From: a virus
Taxonomy: Duplodnaviria; Caudoviricetes
IMG/VR virus record: IMGVR_UViG_3300020045_009140
Location: 1 to 31,551 of that record
Reading direction: 5' to 3' (one strand)
DNA length: 31,551 nt
The notes below the pieces were generated by a model. That model searched no databases, had not been told where the DNA came from, and saw only the letters and a list, made by a program, of their open reading frames with translations. This document shows, piece by piece, positions 1 through 7,702 of the stretch. The number at the start of each line of letters is the position of its first letter. Position 1 is the stretch's first letter. Both the position numbers and the translations under genes were made by a program.

Positions 1-121
1 ACATATCATCATTGATTGTGTAGTTTACAATTTCATATTTCTTACAAATAATTTTAATCTCTTCTGTTGTCATTTTATTTATACTTTAGCTTGTGCAGAT
101 TTTGATTTTATTTGCGCCTTA
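1..121. repeat. Terminal direct repeat, left copy (circular assembly overlap)
   Basis: Identical to 31431-31551 by direct reading; cuts through the LRR-like gene and the 79..501 gene. Confidence 0.97.
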
Positions 122-501
122 ATGTGGTTCACTTGTGCAGATTTTGATTTCCTTTGCGCCTTAATTGCTTGCGCTACAGAATCGTATACCATTAAGTGCA
201 AATACTCATCATCGATAGCAATGATATGATATATCCCGTAATACACATAACTATATTTATGACTTCCCTTACGTTTATGGCTTCCCACTATTACATCACC
301 CACGTCTACTCTATTTATTTCCAGGTCACCTTCGGACCAGTCTATCCAATTGCGTGTGAAATTTTTCAATGTAACATAATCAGTGATAGTAGCGAACCAT
401 TGTGTATTACCCGGCTTTGCTCGTTTTAAATGGGTATTATTTTCTTGTTCAGATACAAATGATGCATATCCAGCATCTATTTTTATTTTAAGTTCAGACA
501 T
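79..501 (-). CDS. Hypothetical protein with duplicated basic C-terminal tail
   Basis: Track ORF 79..537; ATG at 501 preferred (A-rich leader, downstream of promoter-like motif 522-560). Ends IKAQRKSKSAQ / IKAQIKSKSAQ. Confidence 0.8.
   Translation of the reverse strand: MSELKIKIDAGYASFVSEQENNTHLKRAKPGNTQWFATITDYVTLKNFTRNWIDWSEGDLEINRVDVGDVIVGSHKRKGSHKYSYVYYGIYHIIAIDDEYLHLMVYDSVAQAIKAQRKSKSAQVNHIKAQIKSKSAQAKV
90..165. repeat. Two 34-bp direct repeats, 42-bp period (90-123, 132-165; 2 mismatches)
   Basis: cttgtgcagattttgattt(ta/cc)tttgcgccttaat occurs twice, in frame. Confidence 0.9.
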
Positions 502-521
502 TTTATTTATTTTTCTTTTAT

Positions 522-562
522 TATATATTATATCCAAAAAATGGATTTTTGTTTGGTGGATT
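522..562 (-). promoter_or_regulatory. Phage motif class A, AATCCA-N27-AATATATA
   Basis: One of four copies with 27-28 nt spacing, each just upstream of a gene. Confidence 0.6.
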
Positions 563-580
563 GTTTAATATTTTTGGATA

Positions 581-868
581 TTATCCGCGTTCATCCGGGT
601 TGTTCCTCTCATATTCATACCGTTCAATCAATGACCATTCACATTTAACGTCTAACATTTCACCAATTAATACGCGTATTTCTTCTTTATCATTTGACCG
701 GATAAGTGCATCATAAATAGTGTCAACATCAGTGATGTAATCGTTTTCCATTTTTTTGATATAGTCATCAATCGATAGATTTTCCCGGGCGGCACAATCG
801 ACAACTAGCTCATCCATCACCTCAAATGAGTAACCAACTGCAAAATCGATTTCATAATTACCAGTCAT
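581..868 (-). CDS. Acidic hypothetical protein
   Basis: 95-aa ATG ORF with its own promoter and A-rich leader. Confidence 0.75.
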   Translation of the reverse strand: MTGNYEIDFAVGYSFEVMDELVVDCAARENLSIDDYIKKMENDYITDVDTIYDALIRSNDKEEIRVLIGEMLDVKCEWSLIERYEYERNNPDERG

Positions 869-911
869 ATCTTTTTTATTTATATCGTACTCCTAATGAG
901 TTACTTATCTG

Positions 912-943
912 CAAATGTAATCTATTTCCTCCACGCGACCAAA
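912..943 (-). promoter_or_regulatory. Bacteroidota primary-sigma promoter
   Basis: TTTG-N20-TACATTTG on the minus strand matches the TTTG-N19-21-TAnnTTTG consensus. Confidence 0.75.
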
Positions 944-1201
944 TTAAAACACATTTAATATTATATTATCCTCAGTATATTAGCAACTTCGCACAACAAC
1001 CATTAAATAATATTTAACATAACAATGAAATTTCTAAGAATACATCAAAAATAATCATTTCGTTCGCGACCCTACTCCACCATAACTTGTTTGTAAATTA
1101 TGAATATCATAAAAGTGACATATTTGGAAATGATTGGACCAATCTGATGATCTGGAATGAATTGGAATGGTGTGACCGAACGTAACGAAGTGTAGTGAGG
1201 T

Positions 1202-1885
1202 CTATTTGAATAAATTACTCACGCTGGATGGGTAAAATATACCACCCCGGGATGATTTAAATCCACCATTATTCAATTGTTTAGCTATATCTTTGAGTGT
1301 CATCCCGCCTGTACGTAATGAGGTTGCCAACAATTTGGCCTTAATATTATTAGGATTGGAATTCTTTTTGACTTGCATAGCTTGCAGTCCTAGTATTCTG
1401 TTAGCATCACTGATGTGGCTACCATTACCCAGCTTAGTTATCTTATTACCTGCCTTAGATAAATGATATCCATCTTTTTTAATATTGGCCTTAATCACTG
1501 CCAGTGTATTTTTTGTACGTTCAGTTACCTTATCCACTTCGAGTTGTGCCAATGCCGCAAATAAATGTATTGTGAAATTGTTACAATCGGGTATATCACA
1601 TGCAACAAACTTCACACCAGTATCCATTAACCTAGAGGTGAAAGAGACATTTCTGGATAATCTATCTAGACGCGCGATTATTAACATACAATGATTTTTG
1701 CGCGCGAAGTCAATTGCCTTATTCAACTCTACCCTATTACTATTCCTACCAGATTCTTTCTCAGTGTAGCTGGCAACTATCACATCATCCGATTGGATGA
1801 AATTATTTATTATGGTCATTTGCGCGTCAAGCCCCAAAGACTGATCTTTGGTGGATACTCTTGTGTATGTTACATATTTTTGCAT
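1202..1885 (-). CDS. Small serine recombinase (resolvase catalytic domain plus short recombinase-type DNA-binding tail)
   Basis: YTRVST catalytic motif, EKESGR..R, ARLDRLSRN, C-terminal TLKDIAKQLN..GFKSSRGG. Confidence 0.92.
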   Translation of the reverse strand: MQKYVTYTRVSTKDQSLGLDAQMTIINNFIQSDDVIVASYTEKESGRNSNRVELNKAIDFARKNHCMLIIARLDRLSRNVSFTSRLMDTGVKFVACDIPDCNNFTIHLFAALAQLEVDKVTERTKNTLAVIKANIKKDGYHLSKAGNKITKLGNGSHISDANRILGLQAMQVKKNSNPNNIKAKLLATSLRTGGMTLKDIAKQLNNGGFKSSRGGIFYPSSVSNLFK

Positions 1886-1896
1886 ATTTGAAGGAA

Positions 1897-2011
1897 ATTA
1901 TCTGTTAAAAAACTTGTGTATGTTATTTTTTTTCACGTAATTTGTGTTGGTGCCCTGAAGTCTCCGAAAGTACCGACAATGAAAGGGAAGTTTTTAGCTT
2001 CCCTTTTTTTT
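1897..2011 (+). ncRNA. Candidate antisense sRNA 1 (targets small recombinase start)
   Basis: TTG(1861)-N19-CATATTTG(1883-1890) near-consensus promoter; G.U-containing hairpin ~1946-1978; terminator 1982-2011; 13-nt match to the recombinase 5' coding region. Start is approximate. Confidence 0.4.
1982..2011 (+). terminator. Intrinsic terminator
   Basis: AAAGGGAAG-loop-CTTCCCTTTTTTTT; the long T-tract is on the plus strand. Confidence 0.75.
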
Positions 2012-2015
2012 AATA

Positions 2016-2411
2016 TTATTCAATTGTCAATTCTGGTGTTAACTCTCGATATACCTTATCCTCCCATGTCCTGTAATACCATTGACCATCAGTAAACAAA
2101 TAGGCAAATTCATCAAATCTTAACTTCTTTTTGTTAGTGTGTTCCTTTGCCTCGGTTCCTTTTTCGTTCCTATCCCGGGCGTATGCGAATGTGATTAATC
2201 CCTCATCATTATCCGGGGTGGTGTCGGTGTCGCTTATACGTGAACATAAATAACTGATGTCACCTAATTCTAGCAAGGCTTTAACCCTATCGAGGGTGTT
2301 ATAATAAGTTAATAGAGTGGCTCCGACTCCGGTTAAATATCCATCGTTATGCGAGTAAATATCTTTATAAATTCCATTTTCGTTATATGCAATAAAACAT
2401 CTTGTAGACAT
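2016..2411 (-). CDS. Conserved phage hypothetical protein (MSTR...YxHxDGY family)
   Basis: Track ORF 2016..2582; ATG at 2411 gives MSTRCFIAY..IYSHNDGYLTGVGATLL, a pattern I recognise from phage proteins, and removes the overlap with 2461..2772. Confidence 0.82.
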   Translation of the reverse strand: MSTRCFIAYNENGIYKDIYSHNDGYLTGVGATLLTYYNTLDRVKALLELGDISYLCSRISDTDTTPDNDEGLITFAYARDRNEKGTEAKEHTNKKKLRFDEFAYLFTDGQWYYRTWEDKVYRELTPELTIE

Positions 2412-2460
2412 ATTTTGTGAGTGTTTAAAGGGCCTCGCTTCGCTCGGCCCAATGTTAATA

Positions 2461-2772
2461 TTAATTAGATTTTGTTTCAACCAGCCTATCAAATGTATCT
2501 TGAAGCATATCGAAATATATTTCAGTGTGTTTGGATTTGACCTCAAATTTCTTTGACAATAAATAGACCGTGTAGGTATCATTCCAAGCTAATATGATGA
2601 GTACTAGTCCATTATGCAGGTGTCCATTGACTTTGAGTAATAGCCCTTTATCATGCAGGTTAACTGCCTGTGATACACCCCAGCACCAAAAAATATTGAT
2701 TGGTGATTGCAACACTCGCATAGTTTCAGCGGTGTTAAATTCCCGCTCGCAGAGCGGTTGTAATTCTTCCAT
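2461..2772 (-). CDS. Conserved Bacteroidota phage hypothetical protein
   Basis: 103 aa, KVNGHLHNGLVLIILAWNDTY; upstream promoter-like TATCTTTA at 2808-2815. Confidence 0.8.
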   Translation of the reverse strand: MEELQPLCEREFNTAETMRVLQSPINIFWCWGVSQAVNLHDKGLLLKVNGHLHNGLVLIILAWNDTYTVYLLSKKFEVKSKHTEIYFDMLQDTFDRLVETKSN

Positions 2773-2826
2773 AATTTCAAAGATTTAAGTTAAACATTCT
2801 TACCTTGTAAAGATACGAATAAATAC

Positions 2827-2865
2827 AGTATCAATAACACCCGTTACTGATATTGTATTGATACT
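2827..2865. promoter_or_regulatory. Operator-like inverted repeat
   Basis: AGTATCAATA-N19-TATTGATACT (perfect 10-bp arms) over the upstream promoter region of 2461..2772. Confidence 0.5.
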
Positions 2866-3014
2866 ATTTTTCTATGTAACTAACTGAAGTTATGCGTTTT
2901 AACTATCGTAATTTAAAGTAAATTTAATACGGAATAAATATGAGACCACCTCCGCCGGGGGTAATTATTTTGTAAGAAATATTAAAATATATTTGTAGGA
3001 ATTAACATCTATTA

Positions 3015-3037
3015 TTATTTAGAATAGTTCTTAATAA
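3015..3037. promoter_or_regulatory. 10-3-10 palindrome, possible Flavobacteria Fur-type box
   Basis: TTATTTAGAA-TAG-TTCTTAATAA (1 mismatch); second half-site TTCTAAATAA at 3116-3125. Confidence 0.4.
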
Positions 3038-3218
3038 TGTCAAAAAATGTAAATATAAATTGTAAGAAATTAGTTATTAATAGTGAAACAATTCCGGATA
3101 AACAGTTTGTAATCATTCTAAATAAGAATCAGATGACCCGTATTCGCTACCTTCGCCTATCGGCTCAGGCTTAGACTGGTAGGATATTGATATGATTAAT
3201 TATATTATGGTATATTTT

Positions 3219-4421
3219 TTAGAAAGACCAACCATTATTAGACCCCTTCAATAAATGCGAAATCAGATATCTGCTTGCATCAATTAAGTGATTCCATTTG
3301 TCGATTGGTTGCTCACCATTGATTTTCCAACTATAATTATTCAATTCTGTTATCAAATCGGTTGATTCCGGGTCAATAATCAGTTGGTAATTTTTCATTA
3401 GCATAATACCCTCCTTGACGGATCCTGCACCTTTTTTACAGCGTATTATGTTGACTCCGTCGGCTTTCATTTCATCGATTAAACGACCTTCCGCATTATC
3501 ACCAATAATTAAATTATTTCCGCATTCTTTTTTAAATATTTCAGATAACTGTTTGGTATTAAGCCCTTTTTGATATAAATGTTGCTTCAAATAGATTTTC
3601 ATTTGCTTTTTGTCGATATATCCACTCACTAGTGTTGAAGGGTCATTGGAATACCCCCAATCGGCACCAAAATTGACCTCAACATTAGCTGGAAATGTTC
3701 CAAGTGACCAATTTGTGAATACAACACCCTCCGATTTATCCAACCAACCCCCCATAACTATATGCTGGTAACGTTCGGGATGATTTAATCTCATGTGTTC
3801 TATTTCAGATAAGAAATCTTTACTCAGATGTTTATTGTCATGAAATGTAGTATGGATGTAACAAGTATCACCAATGACTGCATTCGTTCCCGGTTGCACT
3901 CCTCGCAATGCAAAGAATTTATTATATATCCAGTGCGTTTTAGTCGACGGATTTAAAATTAGGATGACCCGATTTTGTGTGTGATTGGCCCGGATGGATA
4001 AATTTATTTTATCGAATAATGATTCGTCGACTAGTTCCTCCGCCTCTTCAACTATGAGTGTAGTGATACCTTGGATACTCTTAAGCCTAGCACTGTTATC
4101 ACCGTTCGAAGTACGTAGACCCATGAAGAGAATCTTACTACCAGATTGCAGATTTATTATTTCATTTTTGGTGACTTCAAAATATTTGGTAAGTCCCATT
4201 AACTTAATCTTTTCGACCAATTCCGGGATAATCGAAATGTGTGCGGATACCATCGTTAGACGCGTGAACATGATGACGTGGTTCGCCTCAAATGTTAGCA
4301 TCACTAAAAAGCATGCAACGCTGAAAGATTTAGTTCCACCACGACCACCGGTTATTACGGTGTATCTTTGGTCATGTGTATATAGGGGTTTGAATTTCTG
4401 CGGTATTTGTATTTTTCCCAA
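3219..4421 (-). CDS. terL: Terminase large subunit (PBSX/SPP1-like family)
   Basis: Walker A GGRGGTKS, Walker B LIVEEAEE, LNP coupling motif, nuclease GADWGYSNDP and NHLIDASRY. Confidence 0.96.
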   Translation of the reverse strand: MGKIQIPQKFKPLYTHDQRYTVITGGRGGTKSFSVACFLVMLTFEANHVIMFTRLTMVSAHISIIPELVEKIKLMGLTKYFEVTKNEIINLQSGSKILFMGLRTSNGDNSARLKSIQGITTLIVEEAEELVDESLFDKINLSIRANHTQNRVILILNPSTKTHWIYNKFFALRGVQPGTNAVIGDTCYIHTTFHDNKHLSKDFLSEIEHMRLNHPERYQHIVMGGWLDKSEGVVFTNWSLGTFPANVEVNFGADWGYSNDPSTLVSGYIDKKQMKIYLKQHLYQKGLNTKQLSEIFKKECGNNLIIGDNAEGRLIDEMKADGVNIIRCKKGAGSVKEGIMLMKNYQLIIDPESTDLITELNNYSWKINGEQPIDKWNHLIDASRYLISHLLKGSNNGWSF

Positions 4422-4437
4422 TCATATTATCTTATTT

Positions 4438-4755
4438 TTAGATTTCTTCAAAATCAGTGAAGTCATCATTATCCGGGTCTTTATCGAAGCTTATGATATC
4501 CTTTAGTTGGATATTATTTACAGTTGCATTTACATTTGAATTGATGGTGGTGGTTGGATTTCCTACCATGTAAGCAAAATATAATTTTATGCATGTAGCA
4601 TCACCGGCCCTTGCCCTTGCAATTAAAATCTCTAACATTTCCTCCTCGTACACCTTTAATTTGGATGAAAATGCTTCTTCTACTATTCTGGGTTTCCTTC
4701 CTGCCCCGGGTCTTGCTCCACCATTTTTTCCTCTAATTGGTTTATCCGCTGCCAT
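4438..4755 (-). CDS. terS: Putative terminase small subunit
   Basis: NGGARPGAGRKP N-terminus; directly upstream of terL. Confidence 0.75.
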   Translation of the reverse strand: MAADKPIRGKNGGARPGAGRKPRIVEEAFSSKLKVYEEEMLEILIARARAGDATCIKLYFAYMVGNPTTTINSNVNATVNNIQLKDIISFDKDPDNDDFTDFEEI

Positions 4756-4764
4756 TTTTATTCT

Positions 4765-5013
4765 TTATATTTTTGTAATCTCATTCAGCTCACTTATCAT
4801 TATCTTATATCCCTTTATGATATCTCTGAGGGTTGTTTTTTCGCTCAATTGATATACATCATCTGATATGATATATTGTTTAATACCAACCACATACACC
4901 AGCTTTACTTTTAAAATTATATCACCCTTGTCTACTTCTTTACGGTAGATGATTATACCACGCGTGCGTATAATGATTGATGTATTAATGAGTTGGTATA
5001 ACCAGTTGAGCAT
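4765..5013 (-). CDS. Hypothetical protein
   Basis: 82 aa, tightly packed in the operon. Confidence 0.65.
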   Translation of the reverse strand: MLNWLYQLINTSIIIRTRGIIIYRKEVDKGDIILKVKLVYVVGIKQYIISDDVYQLSEKTTLRDIIKGYKIMISELNEITKI

Positions 5014-5014
5014 T

Positions 5015-5263
5015 TTATTTATCCTTTTTTTTATTCAATCGGAATAGGATAACTTTAATCCAAATAACTATATATAGACATTGCAAATAGGTGATGTATG
5101 GTAAGGCAGCTAGACCACTAACCAGTAATAGACTTGTTACCCAAATGATAAGTGTCGAGAATAATAGATTGCAAATGATATGCATCAATGCCACGAATGA
5201 ATGAAGCATCACACCACCGTTTAGTAATTTAGTATTCCACCATATTTTTAATTTATTTATCAT
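5015..5263 (-). CDS. Small membrane protein
   Basis: 82 aa, about two hydrophobic segments, basic C-terminus; overlaps the upstream stop. Confidence 0.65.
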   Translation of the reverse strand: MINKLKIWWNTKLLNGGVMLHSFVALMHIICNLLFSTLIIWVTSLLLVSGLAALPYITYLQCLYIVIWIKVILFRLNKKKDK

Positions 5264-5480
5264 ATTTATCGGTTAGTTTTTTCGTCTCTAGTTGTGCCTT
5301 ATCAATCAGGTCACTGTATGTAATGATGTACACTCCATAGTCAAAATCGAAATGCAAATACTGATCTGGTTGATTTTCCGGTAACTTGTGGAAATTGATA
5401 AACTCGAAATAATATTTTAACAGTTCAATGTGGAAATAGTCACTATGTTGGTTGATTTTATTTATATCATCTACTAACAT
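5253..5480 (-). CDS. Hypothetical protein
   Basis: 75 aa; TAATG coupling with the upstream gene. Confidence 0.7.
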   Translation of the reverse strand: MLVDDINKINQHSDYFHIELLKYYFEFINFHKLPENQPDQYLHFDFDYGVYIITYSDLIDKAQLETKKLTDKYDK

Positions 5481-5977
5481 TACTCTTCAGATATATTTGT
5501 TGAATGATTTGCCAAAAAGATTTGCCAAAGTTTTTCTCTTATTTGTATAACTATCGAAGGACATTGACAAGGCACCAGATGTTGGTTTAAAATTCTGTTG
5601 TATTTTTCGAACAGATAATTTCTATCCACATACCCAATTGACATATTATTTTTAATTCTTTTGATGAATTCGATTTCTTCACCGGTCATTTCTTTAGCAA
5701 TTAATGTGAACGGGAATAGCCTGTTTAATTTGGCTTGTCTCTCTTTACACTGCTCACATTGTTCTACTCCAACCGCATTAGTGACAAATTTGATTACATC
5801 ACCTACACCGGTTAATTGGTCAGTTGATGCTGATGCTCCGGTTAATTGTTCGGGTGTTGCTGTTACTATTGGACCAACCGCAGTTGTATCCGGTGTTACA
5901 ACTGGTTTTTTTACTGGTGCTTTTTTCACAGGGGTTTTCTTTTTCGGGGTATTCCCGTAATCTGGATATTTAGCCAT
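5480..5977 (-). CDS. Conserved Cys-motif phage protein (possible Zn binding)
   Basis: GVGDVI...CEQCKERQAKLN...PCQCP; Lys/Pro-rich N-terminus; coupled to the sigma gene. Confidence 0.8.
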   Translation of the reverse strand: MAKYPDYGNTPKKKTPVKKAPVKKPVVTPDTTAVGPIVTATPEQLTGASASTDQLTGVGDVIKFVTNAVGVEQCEQCKERQAKLNRLFPFTLIAKEMTGEEIEFIKRIKNNMSIGYVDRNYLFEKYNRILNQHLVPCQCPSIVIQIREKLWQIFLANHSTNISEE

Positions 5978-6471
5978 TATTTATATTTATTTTTTAGGTA
6001 TTTTTTTGTTGTTGCAATTGATGATTGAATAGTGTTAAATGATATTCCCGTTTGTCTTTCGATTTCCCTCATTGAGTTACCATCGACAACCACCAGCGCG
6101 AATAATTTAGAGTGGAACCATTCAAGATCAGCAAGTTCCTTCATAATGTTAGCATGTAAAATGTGGTTGTCGATGTCTTTAATTGCGTTATAATTGTAAA
6201 AATCTTGGTCCATCTCATCACTATATACATTTTCATCGTACTCCCTTTTTTTTATTGTGTTGGATTTATGCTCATTGTGGAATCGCACTATAGATGTATG
6301 TATATATCCGGCATTGATTGCATCGGGTGTTTTTGACATTTGCATATATTTCATATAAAAATTATTTACATAGTCATCCGCTTGCATTTTATCACCACAT
6401 ATTACCATTGCCATCTTTCTCCATTTTTCATCATCGGTAACTATTTCATCTATATTTTTGTAATAATTCAT
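5977..6471 (-). CDS. ECF-like sigma-70 factor / late transcription regulator
   Basis: Region-2-like ADDYVNNFYMK and region-4 HTH GNSMREIERQTGISFNTIQSSI; 164 aa. Confidence 0.8.
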   Translation of the reverse strand: MNYYKNIDEIVTDDEKWRKMAMVICGDKMQADDYVNNFYMKYMQMSKTPDAINAGYIHTSIVRFHNEHKSNTIKKREYDENVYSDEMDQDFYNYNAIKDIDNHILHANIMKELADLEWFHSKLFALVVVDGNSMREIERQTGISFNTIQSSIATTKKYLKNKYK

Positions 6472-6532
6472 TCAACATATTGTAGGGGTTTTACTATATA
6501 TTAAATATTGCGAGTTCCTTATATACATGCAT

Positions 6533-6572
6533 AAAAAAAGGACCCGTTAAGGCCCTTTAAAAGAAAAATAAA
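6533..6572 (-). ncRNA. Candidate antisense sRNA 3 (~40 nt, includes terminator)
   Basis: TTG(6605-6607)-N20-TAATCTTG(6577-6584) on the minus strand; hairpin AAAGGGCC-ttaacg-GGTCCTTTTTTT; first 15 nt complementary to the leader of gene 79..501. Confidence 0.35.
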
Positions 6573-6581
6573 AATGCAAGA

Positions 6582-6737
6582 TTATAATTGTAATTTTTTA
6601 TGTTCAACAAAATAAACGAAGCCTTTTCGGTTGATGTTTAAATATTTGTCAGTCATAGTAGGCATCACTTTATTTATATACTTTGTAAGCTGAAAAGTTG
6701 AGTAAAAAAAGAAATAGTTTTGGTTTAATTGTATCAT
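6582..6737 (-). CDS. Small hypothetical protein (51 aa, below track cutoff)
   Basis: MIQLNQNYFFFYSTFQLTKYINKVMPTMTDKYLNINRKGFVYFVEHKKLQL; preceded by a class A motif and followed by a terminator. Confidence 0.55.
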   Translation of the reverse strand: MIQLNQNYFFFYSTFQLTKYINKVMPTMTDKYLNINRKGFVYFVEHKKLQL

Positions 6738-6759
6738 CTGATGTTGTTTTTGTTTACTG

Positions 6760-6801
6760 TATATATTAAATAATAATATTAGTTTTTTATCAACATGGAT
6801 T
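6760..6801 (-). promoter_or_regulatory. Phage motif class A, AATCCA-N28-AATATATA
   Basis: Direct reading; upstream of 6582..6737. Confidence 0.6.
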
Positions 6802-6830
6802 TTTTAATGTTTTTTAATATCTTTGTATTA

Positions 6831-6902
6831 ATATTAATTTCTTTCAAAGAGGGGTTAACATTCTTACAACAAAAAGCCGCGTCTTAATTGATGCGGCTTT
6901 TT
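6831..6902 (+). ncRNA. Candidate trans-antisense sRNA 2 (~70 nt)
   Basis: TATCTTTG at 6818-6825, no ORF, strong terminator; 9-nt and 11-nt blocks complementary to the 5' leader of 2461..2772. Confidence 0.6.
6871..6902. terminator. Intrinsic terminator
   Basis: AAAAAGCCGCGTC-ttaatt-GATGCGGCTTTTT. Confidence 0.85.
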
Positions 6903-6994
6903 GAGTTTATGACTCATATATGATAATGATGTTATTATCTATATATTTATCTATATTCGCATATTGAAACTATCATAAAAACAAATGGTCGATT

Positions 6995-7678
6995 ATGAAT
7001 GATGCAGATTTACCCAATACAAACGAAAATGTAACTGAGAATAAAATAATAAATAAATATAAGTACTATATAGGCGTTATATTTATTGGTGCAATTGGTT
7101 CTGGATTTTGGGATTTAATACTAAAAGATTTGTTGTTTAAAATAGGTAATTATTTTGTAAATACAATTTCTTTTTTTCACGAAGGTTATATTGATACTTT
7201 ATATAAAAATGTCGGATCTGGTGGCAGCGGCTTTGACTATTTACCATCTATGTTATTGATATTGGTGATAATTAGTTTACCGATACATCTGAGTTTTATT
7301 ATATGGATATATAAAACCAAATCTATTAAATTTCGTGATGCAGAACAAAACACTAGAAGTATATTTAATGTGGTTTTATTGAAAAATCACAAATTAAGCA
7401 TTTTGATAATTGTTATACTTTTTACTCCAATGAGTATACTTTATACAAATCTATTAATCAAAGGGATTTCCACAATAGGTGCGGTTAATTCAATTAGTAG
7501 AAGTATTGAAATTATACACCCATACATAAGCGAAAAGGATTTTCTAATACTTAGAAGTAAGTTTCGACAAATTGATAATAAAGACAAAGTTGTAGAAATA
7601 ATGAAATCAATAAAGGAAACTGCAAAGAAAAACAACATAAAACTCGATGAATATAACTTATACGGGATTGAAAATTAA
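6995..7678 (+). CDS. Multi-pass membrane protein, moron-like
   Basis: 227 aa, about 3 hydrophobic helices, opposite strand, TATATTCG promoter-like box at 6952-6959. Confidence 0.82.
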   Translation: MNDADLPNTNENVTENKIINKYKYYIGVIFIGAIGSGFWDLILKDLLFKIGNYFVNTISFFHEGYIDTLYKNVGSGGSGFDYLPSMLLILVIISLPIHLSFIIWIYKTKSIKFRDAEQNTRSIFNVVLLKNHKLSILIIVILFTPMSILYTNLLIKGISTIGAVNSISRSIEIIHPYISEKDFLILRSKFRQIDNKDKVVEIMKSIKETAKKNNIKLDEYNLYGIEN

Positions 7679-7702
7679 ATAATTGATGTGGGTTTTTGAG
7701 TT

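Noticed and set aside
1-121. Terminal repeat as a biological DTR or att duplication
   Set aside because: It cuts through coding sequence, and an exact odd-length overlap is typical of a k-mer assembly circle.
1012-1022. ATTTAACATAA, perfect XerD arm of dif
   Set aside because: No XerC-like arm 6 bp away; an AT-rich 11-mer is plausible by chance.
1946-1978. Hammerhead ribozyme (CTGAAG..CGAAA); also CTGATGA at 1144
   Set aside because: The core is incomplete and the three-stem junction with a UH cleavage site cannot be built.
2412-2582. Long N-terminal extensions in the ORF track (also 502-537, 16679-16726, 28286-28345)
   Set aside because: They overlap neighbours or cross promoter/hairpin elements; downstream ATGs have better context.
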